Shown here in pieces: positions 15,111 to 28,030 of a stretch of DNA of 64,000 bases. The position numbers and the translations under genes were made by a program. Under the pieces are notes generated by a model that saw nothing but the letters and a program-made list of their open reading frames with translations, was not told the origin of the DNA and did not search any database. Every line of letters begins with the position of its first letter. Position 1 is the first letter of the stretch. Where the stretch lies: NCBI GenBank assembly GCA_951406725.2, contig OX597814.1, positions 155,992,001 to 156,056,000 on the forward strand, written 5' to 3'. The DNA comes from Octopus vulgaris. Its lineage: Eukaryota.

Positions 15111-15313
15111 TTGATTCAATCGGCTAGCATTCAAAGATGTTAATGGAAAAATAATAGAAGATTTTATATCTACTCCATATTAAATTGGCCATTCCCGTAG
15201 ACCACACCATTCTCGATGTTATCATCATCGTCATTGTCGTATCTTTGTCACCGTTTTAGTAGACGCCTTCCGAAGCATTATCTTTAAAACCATCATGTTT
15301 ATCACTGACGCCG

Positions 15314-15405
15314 CCATCATCATCATCATCGTCGTGGTCGTGGTCGTCATCATCATCATCATCATCGTCACTATCGTCCTTATCGTCATCACCATCATCA
15401 TAATC
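15314..15405. repeat. (ATC)n/(GTC)n imperfect trinucleotide repeat
   Basis: Directly visible. It is the source of the poly-Asp ORF 15256-15492. Confidence 0.9.
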
Positions 15406-15924
15406 ATTCACTTTTCTTCCTCTTCCTACTTCATCATCGTTGTATTTATTTAACATGTGCTTCTGAAATGTTATCAAATATTTTAATATCATTACATTTC
15501 CGATAATCTCCTTTCATTGATTATTTTTCTATATTTCTTGCAAATTATTCGGATGTTAGGTTTCATAATCTATTAATAAGTTGTTTCCCTTTAATCTGTA
15601 CAGTTACTATGAGAAGTTGTATTTGTCAGAATTGTTTGAGTAGAATTCACTTACTTTCTCGTACGTTCCGGTTTCAAATCAAGCCGGAAGTTGACTTTAA
15701 CTTTCTTCTCTCGATATTTGATGAAATAAACTTAAGTGAAAAATTTGAATGTCTCTATAGTCGAATCTATTCTTATTCCACAAAGATATTTAGGTGAAAA
15801 CAACGTCTATTACGATACCTTGAACTATTTAATTGTAGAATTCTTAACTTCCATACTATGGACGCATCTTATTTTAAATATGTATGCATGCACCCGTGCT
15901 CACACACACACACAGCCGTTCAAG

Positions 15925-16120
15925 AATTTAGACCTGGAGATCTCCATTTCCAGCGACTTCGAGGGCCACTTCCCAGTGGTGTCGGGCGTCAAACAAAGAG
16001 CCCTCGACTACGACAAGACGACTAAAGTCTTTTTTTTTTCTTTTTTCCAAGGTCTGGGGGTCTCCCGCCCCTAAGCACTAGACCATCACCTAATCACCCT
16101 TACCCGTCAACAACAACAAC
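15925..16120 (+). mobile_element. Short GC-rich LINE-like relic ending in (CAA)n
   Basis: ISSDFEGHFPVVSGVKQRAL resembles RT motif B (F.V..GVKQG..L). It ends in caacaacaacaac. Confidence 0.35.
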
Positions 16121-16199
16121 ACACACACACACACACACATACACAAACACACACACATACACATATTTATATATCAGTTGGCAATAACAAGCAGTAGAA

Positions 16200-16420
16200 T
16201 GCGGTGATCTTGCAGGGGGAAATGTTTAGCGTCATTTCGTCCGTCTTTACTTTCGACGTTCAAATTTCGCCAACCTCGATGGAATTTGAACTGCTAGTTA
16301 TTTTATCGGAGCCCCTTTGGAGTCAATAAAATTAGCACAAATTGATCATTGGGCTTCACATACACGACTTAACACTTCCCGTGGAACTTGCTGGCGTTGT
16401 GTCAAAATTACAAACCAGTA
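16200..16420 (+). mobile_element. Degenerate SINE family A
   Basis: tttagcgtcatttcgtccgtctttac...ttcaaattt, plus the tail cttgctggcgttgtgtcaaaatt. Confidence 0.7.
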
Positions 16421-16899
16421 ATAAACGGGAGAAACATAAAATAGAAAAGTAGGCTGCAATTGATTATTTAGGGTTATTCGTTGGTCTTTTACTTTGGAGT
16501 TATCTCGGCTTATACTCGATTCCTACAACTGGCAACTGCAGATTAACAGGTCAGTATGTCGGCCTAAATAAATAATACATGACCGTGTCTCTTTGTATAT
16601 ACTGAAAAATAGCTTTTAATTTCACAGAAATAGATTTATATAAAGAAAAGAAAGGGTGAACATGCACTTGAGGATCGGTTTTTCATTTTCTGTCTTTTAC
16701 TTGTTTCTGGCATTAGGTTGCTACCATAGTGGGGCACCGCCCTGATGAATCCTTAATCGAATGAATCGACTCCAGTGCATATTTTATTTAACTTATTACT
16801 TATACTATCGGTCTCCCCAGCGAAACCGCTCACTTTCGTGGACATAAATACATTAACTGGTGTTATCAAGCGACCATGGAGCAAACACACACACACACG

Positions 16900-17103
16900 T
16901 GTGACCTCGTGTGTACCGTTGGCGATTTTTTTTTACCTCTGTCTTCCCTTCTCTGGATCTTTCCTTCTCCTATGTTTCCGACGAAAGCTCCGCTCGAAAC
17001 GTTAAACCCTCCTTCTTTCCTTCTTTCCTGAGCGTCCAATAATACTATATTTGTTCCACGTCCTCGCGTTGTTGTGTTTTTTTGTGCTTTCTTGTTTGGA
17101 TTA

Positions 17104-17108
<5 letters not shown>
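16900..17108 (+). mobile_element. Penelope-type pLTR-like repeat (second copy 33841-34037)
   Basis: About 200-bp sequence nearly identical to 33841-34037. It carries a minimal hammerhead motif and ends in (TA)n. Confidence 0.6.
16974..17007 (+). ncRNA. Minimal type I hammerhead ribozyme-like motif (U4C variant)
   Basis: GUUU-CCGACGA-AAGC-UCC-GCUC-GAAA-CG-UU-AAAC. Stem I is GUUU/AAAC and stem III is the palindrome ACGU. Stem II is damaged by a 1-nt loss relative to the copy at 33910. Confidence 0.5.
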
Positions 17109-17171
<63 letters not shown>

Positions 17172-17175
<4 letters not shown>

Positions 17176-17384
17176 GCAGGAAGGGCTAGTTCTACGAGTC
17201 GTGTTCTGTCCTTACCTTCGAAACACACATGGAGTTGAACTAGGGACAGCTGATGAAGGGGAATTTTCCTTGTATTGTTTGTCTTGTACTCTGTTTTTTC
17301 GTTGTTAAAAAAGTCCGTTTCCATGTTTGTTTTTACGTTTTCATTTCTCGTTGAGTTCTACGTCTATTTGTGGTGTCCTGTACT

Positions 17385-17390
<6 letters not shown>
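17172..17390 (+). repeat. Repeat fragment between (TA)n tracts, probably Penelope pLTR-type
   Basis: Contains ccttcgaaac and ctgatgaagggg half-motifs and a T-rich 3' part. It is bounded by (TA)n on both sides. Confidence 0.35.
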
Positions 17391-17456
<66 letters not shown>

Positions 17457-17582
17457 TGTATATATACATGTAGATGTAGGTACGTACATATATGTATGTA
17501 TGTATGCATATATTTTATTTATTAATGTATTACATGACTGAGCGCCCTCGAGTCGTTTCGTTTCTTTTTTGTTCTCCAAGTA

Positions 17583-17627
<45 letters not shown>

Positions 17628-17811
17628 GTATATGTATACACACACGCGACGAGTTTCTTTCAGTTTCCGTCCATTAATATTGATTTACCATGATTTGGTC
17701 GACATGAGGTTATGATGGAAAATACTTGCCCAAGGTGCCACGCAATAGGAATGAACCCAGAATCAAGTGGTTGGTAAGCAAGCTTATTACAATACCGTCA
17801 TGTCTGCACCT

Positions 17812-17868
<57 letters not shown>

Positions 17869-17899
17869 GGTTCACGATCACACACAAGTAACCAGATCA

Positions 17900-20420
17900 T
17901 GCTCGCAATGAAAGTATTCATAAATAAAAGCTAGCAGCATGAAACAATTTAATATGACTAATAGAAACATGTCCAAACTCACCACTTCAGCCCCAACTTA
18001 TTCTGCCAAACTACAAGTGCCTTATACACCAAACAATATCGCCATTGAAGGAGATTTCAATGGAAATAGCTTCTCCTGGTAATGATAACAAAATAGATAA
18101 CACATGGGCCAAGAACGATGTCATAACTGAAACCCCTTTACATTACACACAAACCTCAGTAGTACACCTATATGCATAACGAAGTTAACTAAGATACCAT
18201 TTCTACAGATATCTTTTTCTCACACATCTATTTGCCATTGCCCTATGGTAATCAGCCGTCGAATTCATCTCCGATCTCTCCATGTCATCATCGCAACATA
18301 TATGAATGAACAATATAAAATCACTTTTAGAAACTTCAACAAAATGTTGAACTAGCTCCAAGAAGAAGCAGAGTTAATGTCCGCCACACAACCAATTAAT
18401 ACAATTACGAACGTAGATACTGCAGCGCATTCATTCGACAATATAATTATTGGAATTTCTGAAAAATAATATTCTTACAATCAGTATGACATATAACCTC
18501 TGTCAACACAACCAAAATAGCCTAACAGATAAACAGCAAGGATAACCCCCAAACGCTGTATCAATGCCACATACAAAGCAGAAATACAATTGTGTATCAA
18601 GAAACAAAACAAACTACTGTTAATAACCATCAAACTCAGAAAAGTATTTAATATTTGTATCCAACAATAATCGTAGATAAGCAGTAAAACCGTATAAAGC
18701 AATTATCAGCGTGAACAAACCTAACAATGCCTACTGACAGCAATAACAATTTCAGAAAACATTCCTGCACTGACACAATAAGAATACGCTCTTGCTAACC
18801 ATACTCCATAGAACCTAAGCTGTACAGAGGCCATGACTTCGACACTTTCGTTTCACTAAACACCATAAAACCAGAAGAAAAGTCTGCAAGCTCAAAAGTT
18901 TTAAATCCTGCTAAAATGAAGAAAAATAGTGATAATTGCGTTAGATCTGAAGTATTCACTACACTGCTTAACATTTACTAACATTCGAATTAACACTGAT
19001 AAATCCCATGGTTCTGGCAGCTGGCCAAAAATCATTACCATTTCCTATTCAAACGAAATCCAGAGTAAATAGTCTCTTATAGTTAAGCTTTAAAATGATC
19101 TTAGTCGTTTTAGCTGAAAGTAACGAAATAACTATGCCAGCTTTTGCGGACTTTAGGATGACCCATACTTGTTATCGCTGATGTCAGACCTACTAGTTAT
19201 AGTAAACAGCACTTTCTCAATATTAGCTTCACTATCTAAACCAGAGGCAACCAAATTTTTTTCACAGCGGGTCGGATAAATGAGACAATTACGACCGCGA
19301 GCCGTAATTGTATTGTTCAATACAATACAGTGAATACACAAAAACTAAAAACAACCAACATATTCATTTACCAAAATGCTATCAAAGATAGTTATATCAC
19401 AACTAATGCGCACATGTCCGACTCTCACAAAATAAGCATCAAAGAAGGTAGTCAGATTTGTGAAACTGGTTTGTAGCTTTTAAGATATCATCAATATTTG
19501 CTTTGGAATTTCTGCATCCAACCAAGAGAATTGCTTTCAAATGTTCATCACTCAACCTCGCTTGATGTGCTGACTTCTCATACTTCATTTTTGAAAAATG
19601 TTTGCTCACAGACATAAGTTGTTCCAAACACTGATATCATACCAGAGGCAAAACTACTCTCATTGCAGGTACTTACACAGAAGTTAAAAAGATACAGTAT
19701 GGCGGTGGGCCGGATGAACTGACCTCGCGGGCTGGAACCGACCCGTAGTTTCGTGACTCCTGATCTTAACGATTAGTCAGATAAATTGAATAACTCAGTC
19801 CAAGATATAATATGCTAGAAACGAGTTGAATGGTTACCAATGAACTTCTGTAGGAAAATAACTCATAGCTGCTGAACAAGAGGTTGCTTTTCTTCTAAGC
19901 ATTGACGAACACAGAACACTCAACTGGAATACGCAGAATCAGTAATTTATGCAAAGAATCAACAGCTGTGATGTTCTGACAATTCACATTGTCTTTCGGG
20001 AGTAGATCCACTAACAATATCAGGGCCAACGAGCGACTGCGTCAACGCTGTCACTCGATATGCGGGAAAGAGCAGTCAAATCTCTTTAAAATCAACCACT
20101 ATCTTACAGTCTTTGGAACTTTGGTAAGGAAACATCCTTGGGAGTGTACAGTCCTGCATACCCATAAGTAGACGGGATTTTACGGCTGGAATGTTTTACT
20201 AACATACATCTAGGATGACAGGGTGTTAAGGAATAAACACTCGCACATGCAGAATGAAATGGAAAATACAGAGTTTGCTCGGATTATACGACATACTATT
20301 ATCGCTGAATCTCCGAAGGTGATCTATGAGTTGAAACCGATTATTTGTACAGCAAAGTATTGTGGATCTAGTTGCTCAAGGTTTGTCTGCAATAGATACC
20401 GTCTATGAGTTTGATGATCC
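17900..20420 (+). mobile_element. Degenerate APE-type non-LTR retrotransposon relic, interrupted by a hAT element
   Basis: IAIEGDFNGNSFSW at ~18038-18079 (APE GDFNAH..W motif), TFRNFNK (cf. NFKKANW) at ~18322, WPKIITI at ~19022 (cf. WKxAxIIPI). C/A-rich strand bias, many stops. Confidence 0.5.
19242..19762 (-). mobile_element. Non-autonomous hAT (Charlie/SPIN-like) deletion derivative
   Basis: Termini CAGAGGCAACCAAA and TTTCGTGACTCCTG. Flanking 8-mers ATCTAAAC (19234-19241) and ATCTTAAC (19763-19770) form a TSD with 1 mismatch. GC-rich GGCCCG/CGGGCC subterminal motifs. The minus strand encodes FSKMKYEKSAHQARLSDEHLKAILLVG, a hAT C-terminal dimerisation-domain-like segment. Confidence 0.85.
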
Positions 20421-23400
20421 ATATAAATCACATTATTCCTACTTCCTGCTTCATTTAAATAAAACTGCAACAAATATTTTATTTGCACCCCTCTATTTCC
20501 AATATTTTCTTAATGATTGCAATATAAAATAGTATAACTCCAAAATCTAATTGTGTTTAATATTATTGCAATCATTGCTCTTCTCGTATAACTAATATTT
20601 TTTGTTTAATTGAAACCCTATAATTGTGCTCATTGCAAAGAAGAAAGCTCTCTACTTTATTATTTGATTTAGTATCATCTCCTAGTAAATTTATTTGAAA
20701 ATTAACATCAAATTTACACTGAAATTGTACAAAATAATAGACTTGTAAAATACAGGGTGACTGTTATTTCCATAAATTTTCCTTCCTTCCACGTAGATGT
20801 TAGCAAATGTCTGCAAATATAGATATCTTTCTGGAGATTTTGTGTTTGAAATGCTCGATCTCTATAGATACAGTTTGTGTCGTTATTAATAAACAACTTT
20901 CATGAATCCGTATCAATAATATTTCCATCTTAAGTAGCCTTTTTTATATTGATTTAACCAAACTCTACAACGTAACATTTTATAATTGTGGTTAAACATT
21001 TAACGTGACCTTATCTCGTTTTTGATGTAATGGAACCATCAAACTGAACCTATTAAGTTAACGTGTAATAAATTAACCAATGTTGTAAATGTCAGTTAAC
21101 AGGAGTTATTCGTCCTATTTCATCTATACTTATTGTGTTTATTCATTATAGAAATATATTTAGTAACATTAAATGTGTGTTTGCACACGAAAACGTTTTA
21201 AATAAATGTAGATATGGTGGTTATTCTGAAGGATTGAAGCGAAGACCTACAGAAAACATATATATCCTATCAATACCTAGTTTTTTACATTATCTTACCT
21301 AATAATTTTTAGATTCGTTTATGTTCTACAATAAATCGGCGCAGTTAAAGAAAGGGGTACGTTACAGCTAATGCAACAGCCCTTCTATATTACAAACTAA
21401 ATCATTTAGAAATTTCTGAACAAGAGACAGATCATGATAATAGTACATTAAGAAGATTACGGAAGAAGAGTTAGTAATTACTGAGCAAAAGATATTGTTA
21501 GTTTAAATAGAAAATATTGAATTAAATAAACTCTCTTAAAGCCAGCCGTGAATTCGGTCGTCGTTCTTTATTGGAAACTATATAGAAACTGTCAAAATTT
21601 CAATGTCAAAATTTCAAATCGGATAATTTCAAGAAATCAAATGATACACAGTCATAGCAACACAATTAAGAATTATTGTTTATATAGTGTATATCGGAAA
21701 TGTATTCAATAATATCATAGCCTAAAAAATTATCCAACAATTTTACACTGCCGCTCTGTTTACACTAGTGTGATTGTCCCACTAGCTGGGACACTTATCG
21801 GACAGATTGTAGGACTTGCACCCTGATATTGCCCTGTGCAATATCAGTGATCAAGGACACGTTACTGTTCGTTTGATATTATGCTCGGGTGTATTTCTCC
21901 TTAAGCTATTAACCATATGATCTAGATTAAAGTTGAAAAATAATTGATCCAGAATTCAAATTCCATTATATATTAATAATCTAGAACACGGGCATCCCGA
22001 ATACATATTTCTTTCCAGACAAATATTATACGTGGCAGTTGTTACGTTACTAGTAAACGCGACTTACTGTACAAACATATTCAAATTGAATGGAGGCGTG
22101 CATCTGAGAAGCCGAGTTTACATTCTAGATTTCATTTTCATAATTTCTCTTCATAGACGTTAAAAGATATGCTTGAATATTTCCTATTCATTTTTGGAAC
22201 CTCATTCAATGAAACTATTACTGGTTATCTTTCTTTAGCTAGCACAGTGATTTAGTTTTAAATGCCGTTTTGGTATTTTCTTACTCCTGCAACTTCACCT
22301 TTCATCTAGAAAACATCAAATCAGTAAGAGAAATCATTGAGGAACTGCAAACCACAAAACTATCTCGACAATTGTTGGAAAATGAAGCGATTCGATCACT
22401 AATACTTTCACTAATACTTTCCCTCTATAGTAATATATAGTAATATAGGAATACATGTACAAATCCCCGATAACGGTGTACGCTCACCACGAAGATGATG
22501 ATGATAAGATGAAAGTGGAGGAAAACATAATGCTCGCAGATGACTGACACAAATAGGAGTGATGTGGCTCTTTTTGCATAACAACGGCCACCCAAGGCTT
22601 GGGATTCTGCTTGATTAATAATTAACACATTTAACACTATTTCGCTAACTGCGTTTGGCAGCGTTGTAGAAATTTCCTGCTGGCAAACTGAAAACGCGAG
22701 GTAGTTTTCATTCGTTTATTGAAGCCATTTCATTCATTGCTATAAAACTTGGGAGAGTCATTATTATCACAATATAATGTTTATGCTCCCTGAAAACTAT
22801 ACAGCCTTGTCTCTAGTCACAAGGAACTAATATTTATGTTTAAAGGAGATTATATTATTAAATGAACTGCTGGGTAATTAAAAACAAATGTAATATTTGT
22901 TCAGGTAAAAGTAAAATAAAAAAGAGAATATATCAATATATGACAATCTTAATTTAATATATATAAATAATTTTTATTACACTCTTTCTTAATATTGATA
23001 TCAGAAAGCATTATATTAATGCCTTCTCTTTATTTCTCTATATATTTCTATATGTTGTTCACTATTATCCTGTATATCCATCTGACTATCTTCCTTTTAT
23101 TCACCACCTCATTTATTTTATCTTTCTATTTCTTTCTCCCTAGTATTTCAAAATTTCACCTTCTCTCTATTTTTTGCCTTTTATTTCCTTCTGTTTTGAT
23201 TTCTTCTTTTTATCATTCTCTCTCTTTGTATTTATTTTCTCTCTGTTATTCTATCTTTTTATCGCTTTGTTTCTATAATTATGTATCTTTCCATCCCCCC
23301 TCCCCTACTCTCTGTCTGTCTCATTGTCTATCTGTACAACTATTTCTTCTTTCCCTCTCGCTCGCTCTATTATTTGCTCACCATTTTGTAATTAACTTTT

Positions 23401-24079
23401 CTCAGATACATTACTTTTATCTGAAAATTTCCTAAATTATATGTAAAATAATATTAAATGTTCTTTAACGAAATGTGACATAACTTGTGACAATACCATG
23501 TTTTATAGAGTTTTAACCGCAAAATAGACATTTATTAGTTGAAGATAAATGTGAATGGAAAGAGATAATGAACACTTAGAGTGTGTTGAATTTGAAGAAA
23601 ATAAATAGTTTAACAGCAAGAATTTATTTAACAACAACAAAAACAAAATAAAACAATAATATTTCGAAGCTGTTGACAAAAATAATTTCTGCATAAATGA
23701 AGTAACTTTAGGTAATTGTAAAGAAATTTCATCTTTTATTTCATTAATTACAGTGTAAGACTTAAATAAATTCTGACAGTTCGAAATAATTGTAAAATAT
23801 TCCGCAGCAGCGAAAACTATTTAACGATGGTCTCAATTAAAATTTTGTTGTTATCTGTAGTAAATTATTCAAATTTTGCAGCATTATTGAAATAACATTT
23901 TCTTTTTACCATCGTTACAAGGTCTAAAATTGAAAATATCTCAAAGTATTATGAAATACATTTTTCCCACGCATTAAACGAATCCGTCAACCCACCGTCC
24001 ATAATAATTGTTTAAAACATCAGCACGTGGTCTTACGTGGTTACGTCGGTCCAAAAATTTGACCAATATTATATTTTAT

Positions 24080-24510
24080 CAACCCTAGAAGGATGAATGG
24101 CAGAATTGACTTCCGTGTAATTTGAATTCATAATGTAAAGAGGCAAAACATTTACTGCACAGCATTTGTTTTACTTCTGACGATTCGGCTAACCCATCGC
24201 CTTTAAAGACTGTTTGCAAGGCAGGAAGTGGATTAATCGATCCCAGTACTTTACTGATCGACCACGACTCGTTCAAGGGCAAAGTTGAACTCGGCAGGAT
24301 TTAAACTTAGAATGTAAATATTTACAACAAATATCATTGTAGTTTTCCGACGTCCTAATGATCCTGCCAATCCACTGCACTCAATAATTGTTTCTGAAAT
24401 AAACACGAATTTTGAATAAGAGGAAATTGTTGATTGTGTAGATCGCAGTACTTGGCCCCGGAGGAATGAAATACAAGTTTGACTACGGTGAGATTTGAAC
24501 TTAAATCCAC
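24080..24510 (-). mobile_element. Three head-to-tail degenerate SINE family A copies
   Basis: Recurrent ggcaaagttgaactcggcaggatttaaacttagaatgtaa-type core on the minus strand at ~24100, ~24280 and ~24480. Confidence 0.6.
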
Positions 24511-25662
24511 AAGTGTCGAACTATTCGAACTAACAAGGGAACCGCAATGTTATCTTTACTAGAAATAATCTCCAAATCTTTCTCAAATTACTCTCTACTT
24601 CTTTAAATTAGAAAAGGACATATTAGATAATGCAATCCAACATTATTCTAAAAAGATTAAATGATCACTACTGGACCGTCTTTGAATAATAAGTACGCTC
24701 AATGTTTAAAATAAGTTATAATCGGTAGAGTAAGGTTTTCTACTATAAATATGATCATTTTGAAATGCATAAGTATTGTTAGCTATCGTCTATGCTGGAG
24801 ATTTCTGGTTAGCTGTAACCGGGTAAGTCGATGGGCATTCTCATGCCATTCATATATTCACAAACCCACAAGCATATTGACTAACGTGTTATTTTTACGG
24901 AGGCAGAAAGTGATTTCAGGTTGACATTTTGCGCAGGCTCATTGGCTCTTGTTTATAGATGCATTCATTACAAGCAAAATGATATCAGGTTTGTTTTGCT
25001 ATTTTCATTTTTACTTTTAGCAAATAGAGTAACCTATAAACACAGTAACCGATATGACCTCCTTTAGAAAGTGGCATGCTGCGGCCTGAGAGACATCTGG
25101 CAGCTATTTCTACCTGCCGAGCGATTTATGATGCTATAATGAGAATCTCCTTATTGGTTAGGTTCACTATTATTTTGCACATATGTATGGTTGTATCATA
25201 GATGATCAGTGATATAAAGACCTGTTCATTCCCTTGCATACGACCAGGAGAGGCTTGCACATAAAAAATGTTCACTCATCCAAATGCATATATGTATACA
25301 TACAATTATCTATATCTCAAGAGTCATTTCTCAAATTGTTTGACCACTTCAATTGCGTAGAATTATTAAGTTTATCAGTTAATGAAACCTTTCAGGATTG
25401 TCTGAGTTTATTTGTTGCCACCAATATTAAATATGTATCGATTTTTTGATCACCCACTTAAACATTTAGGTACCCTTCATACAAACTTATGCATTTATTT
25501 TCTTACTCAGCCACAAGGCATCTCCCACAAAACATAACAATGGTCCCACTCACATACACAGTCTACAATAATCGCCGGAGGAAGGAACTAAGGGTACAGA
25601 CACAGAACGCATCTACTGAATAAATTTGTTTAATATGCTTCTTAATATATATTTATTCTTTA

Positions 25663-26090
25663 AGGCGGCAAGTAAGTTGAACCGTTAACACGTCGGATAA
25701 AATGCTTAGCGGCATTTTGTCCTTCAATACGTGCTGGGTTTGAATTCCGCTTAGGCCGACTTTGCATTTTCACTATTTCTAGGTTTATAAAATAAATACC
25801 AGTTCAACACTAGGGCCAATTTAATCGACGTATCTACTCTCGCGAATTTGCTAGCCTTGTGCTAATATTTCGAACCGTTGTGTATTTGTTAAGATTTAAA
25901 GCTGCCAACTGGCAGAATCCTTTGAATGTTGGAGAAAAGGTTTAGCAGCATTTCGCCTGTCATTACTTTATGAGTTCAGATTCCGCTGAGATCGACATTG
26001 CTTCTGATACTACGGATTCGATAAAATACATACCAATCTTTCAATACGGTCGATGTAATCGACTACTCTCCTCCCTGACAAATTATTGTC
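25663..26090 (+). mobile_element. Two tandem SINE family A copies
   Basis: aggcggc...gcttagcggcattttgtcc...gaattccgc...ccgactttgc at 25663. A second head at ~25898. Confidence 0.75.
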
Positions 26091-26194
26091 TTCTCTTCGT
26101 CATATTAATTCCAATATTCAGTTATTGAGCTGTCCCTCAATACAAGCTCTTTAATTGTTGTATATTTACATATACGTGTGTCTAAGCATATTGA

Positions 26195-26256
26195 TTATAT
26201 ATATATAGTTATATGTGTGTGTGTGTGTGTTTGTGTGCGTGTATGCATGTATGAGC

Positions 26257-26299
<43 letters not shown>

Positions 26300-26450
26300 A
26301 ATATGTATATGTATTTGCATTTGTATGTATTTATACATATACGTATGTATATATGCATATACACACAGACATATATATATATATATATATGTGTGTGTGT
26401 ATACGTATATATATATATGCACTTGCATACACACATATATCTGTATATAC

Positions 26451-26498
<48 letters not shown>

Positions 26499-26672
26499 TC
26501 GCACACACACATATATATATTTATATATGCATGTATGAAAGTATACATGCATGAAATTATACATATTTATGTGATGCGCACGTGCGTATTTAGGTATTTG
26601 CGCCGTGCGTGCATTTAGGATTTTCTTAGTAAAAATTCGTGTCAACGTATGAATGAAAATATCTGGAAAAAA

Positions 26673-26705
<33 letters not shown>
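26195..26705. repeat. Compound (TA)/(TG)/(GA)/(CA) microsatellite field
   Basis: Directly visible. Confidence 0.95.
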
Positions 26706-26707
<2 letters not shown>

Positions 26708-27110
26708 AAAGAAATATACACGCAATGCGTTTTATGAAGAGAGGTATGCTTATGCATATGCAGTAGGCTTTGTAGGTTATGTTGAAAACATGACTAATCA
26801 TGAGATTACACAATACAATTTCGTTTTTATGAAAATCATTTCAATACAGCTTTCACTCTATTTCGTAGCATTTTAATTTCAAATACGTGCAGCATTGTTA
26901 TTGCGTTTTATCTTTATTTTTAAAGACATTTGCGCTGTCAAATTGAATAGAGAACTGGATTACAAGCATTATAGCTTGTAATTCTGCGATAGGGAGTGCC
27001 ACTGAATTAATCACTTAGTGGGATGTGCTTGCTAAATAATTTTGTTTCGAACTTATTGCTAATATTCAGGATTAGCAAAAACCTTAGTGTCCATCAAACG
27101 CCTTGCACTA

Positions 27111-27495
27111 AGGCGGCGAGCTGGCAGAATCGTTAGCATGCCGGGCAAAATGCTTAGCGGCATTTTGTCCGTCTTTACGTTTTGAGTTCAAATTCTTCCT
27201 TGGTCAACTTTGCCTTTCATACTTCTGGGGTCGATAAAATAAGTACCAGTACGACTTGTTCTGTTCCCCTAAATTCCTGGCTTGAAACTTAAAAACTAAC
27301 ATTTATATATAACAAAAGATGACGAGCTGGCAGAATCTTAGCACGTCGGACAATGCTAAGCGACATTTCGATCGTCTTTATTTTCTGAGTTGAAATTCTG
27401 CCGAGGTCGATAAGAGGCAGTCAAGCACTAGGGTCGATGTAATTGATTCGCCCCTCCCAAAGTTTAGGCTTTGTGCCTACATTAGTAAGGAATAT
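27111..27495 (+). mobile_element. Two tandem SINE family A copies
   Basis: Head aggcggcgagctggcagaatcgttagc (A-box-like), gagttcaaatt (B-box-like) and core ctttgcctttcat...ggggtcgataaaataagtaccag (Nin/Deu-domain-like). Second head at ~27316. Confidence 0.85.
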
Positions 27496-27499
27496 TCAT

Positions 27500-28030
27500 A
27501 TATGGTTCTGTATGTTCTCTGTTCGAACCTTACCATTCATCCTTCCAGGGTCAAACATAAACATAGACATCGAGCACCAAGATCGAACTGAAAGTAGCAC
27601 CACACTTAAGGTCTTGTGTCACCATAAGAAATCAATATTCAAATCGCCATTTTGTCCTATACTCAAAGAACAATAACATTAAAGCCAAATAATATTCTGA
27701 GCCTTATACTGTCCGCTGTGTCATTCCTTAAAACATGAATCATTGAAACAATTCCACAGAACCGAATATATTGATGTGTTATTATTGCATCGAGTGATAA
27801 TATGGCTACGAATTTCAGGCATGTTCGGCAAATGTCTTCCACCAAGATTGAAGTCAACAACATAGTCATGAATGAAACTGAGGAGAGGAAAACTGTTTAA
27901 ATGCCTGTTATAATGACCATTGATGATTTGGGGGTTGTAACTTTGATTCCTCACCATATACACTACCACACCTAACCCGTGACTGACACTAGTAGAATGA
28001 TCTCTATTGCAAGCATTCAAGCAAAATCAC
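27500..28030 (-). mobile_element. Degenerate APE endonuclease relic (CR1/L2-like LINE)
   Basis: ORF 27721-28020 contains NRDHSTSVSHGLGVVVYM (cf. R.DR...GGGV.+Y) and VVDFNLG (cf. GDFNLP) in the expected order. Confidence 0.45.

Larger units (their letters stand above)
16690..17812 (-). mobile_element. tRNA-derived SINE family B split by nested Penelope-type repeats and (TA)n
   Basis: The tail half 16690-16890 and the head half 17640-17812 (cttgcccaaggtgccacgca) match the two halves of the uninterrupted copy at 40270-40688. Confidence 0.7.
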
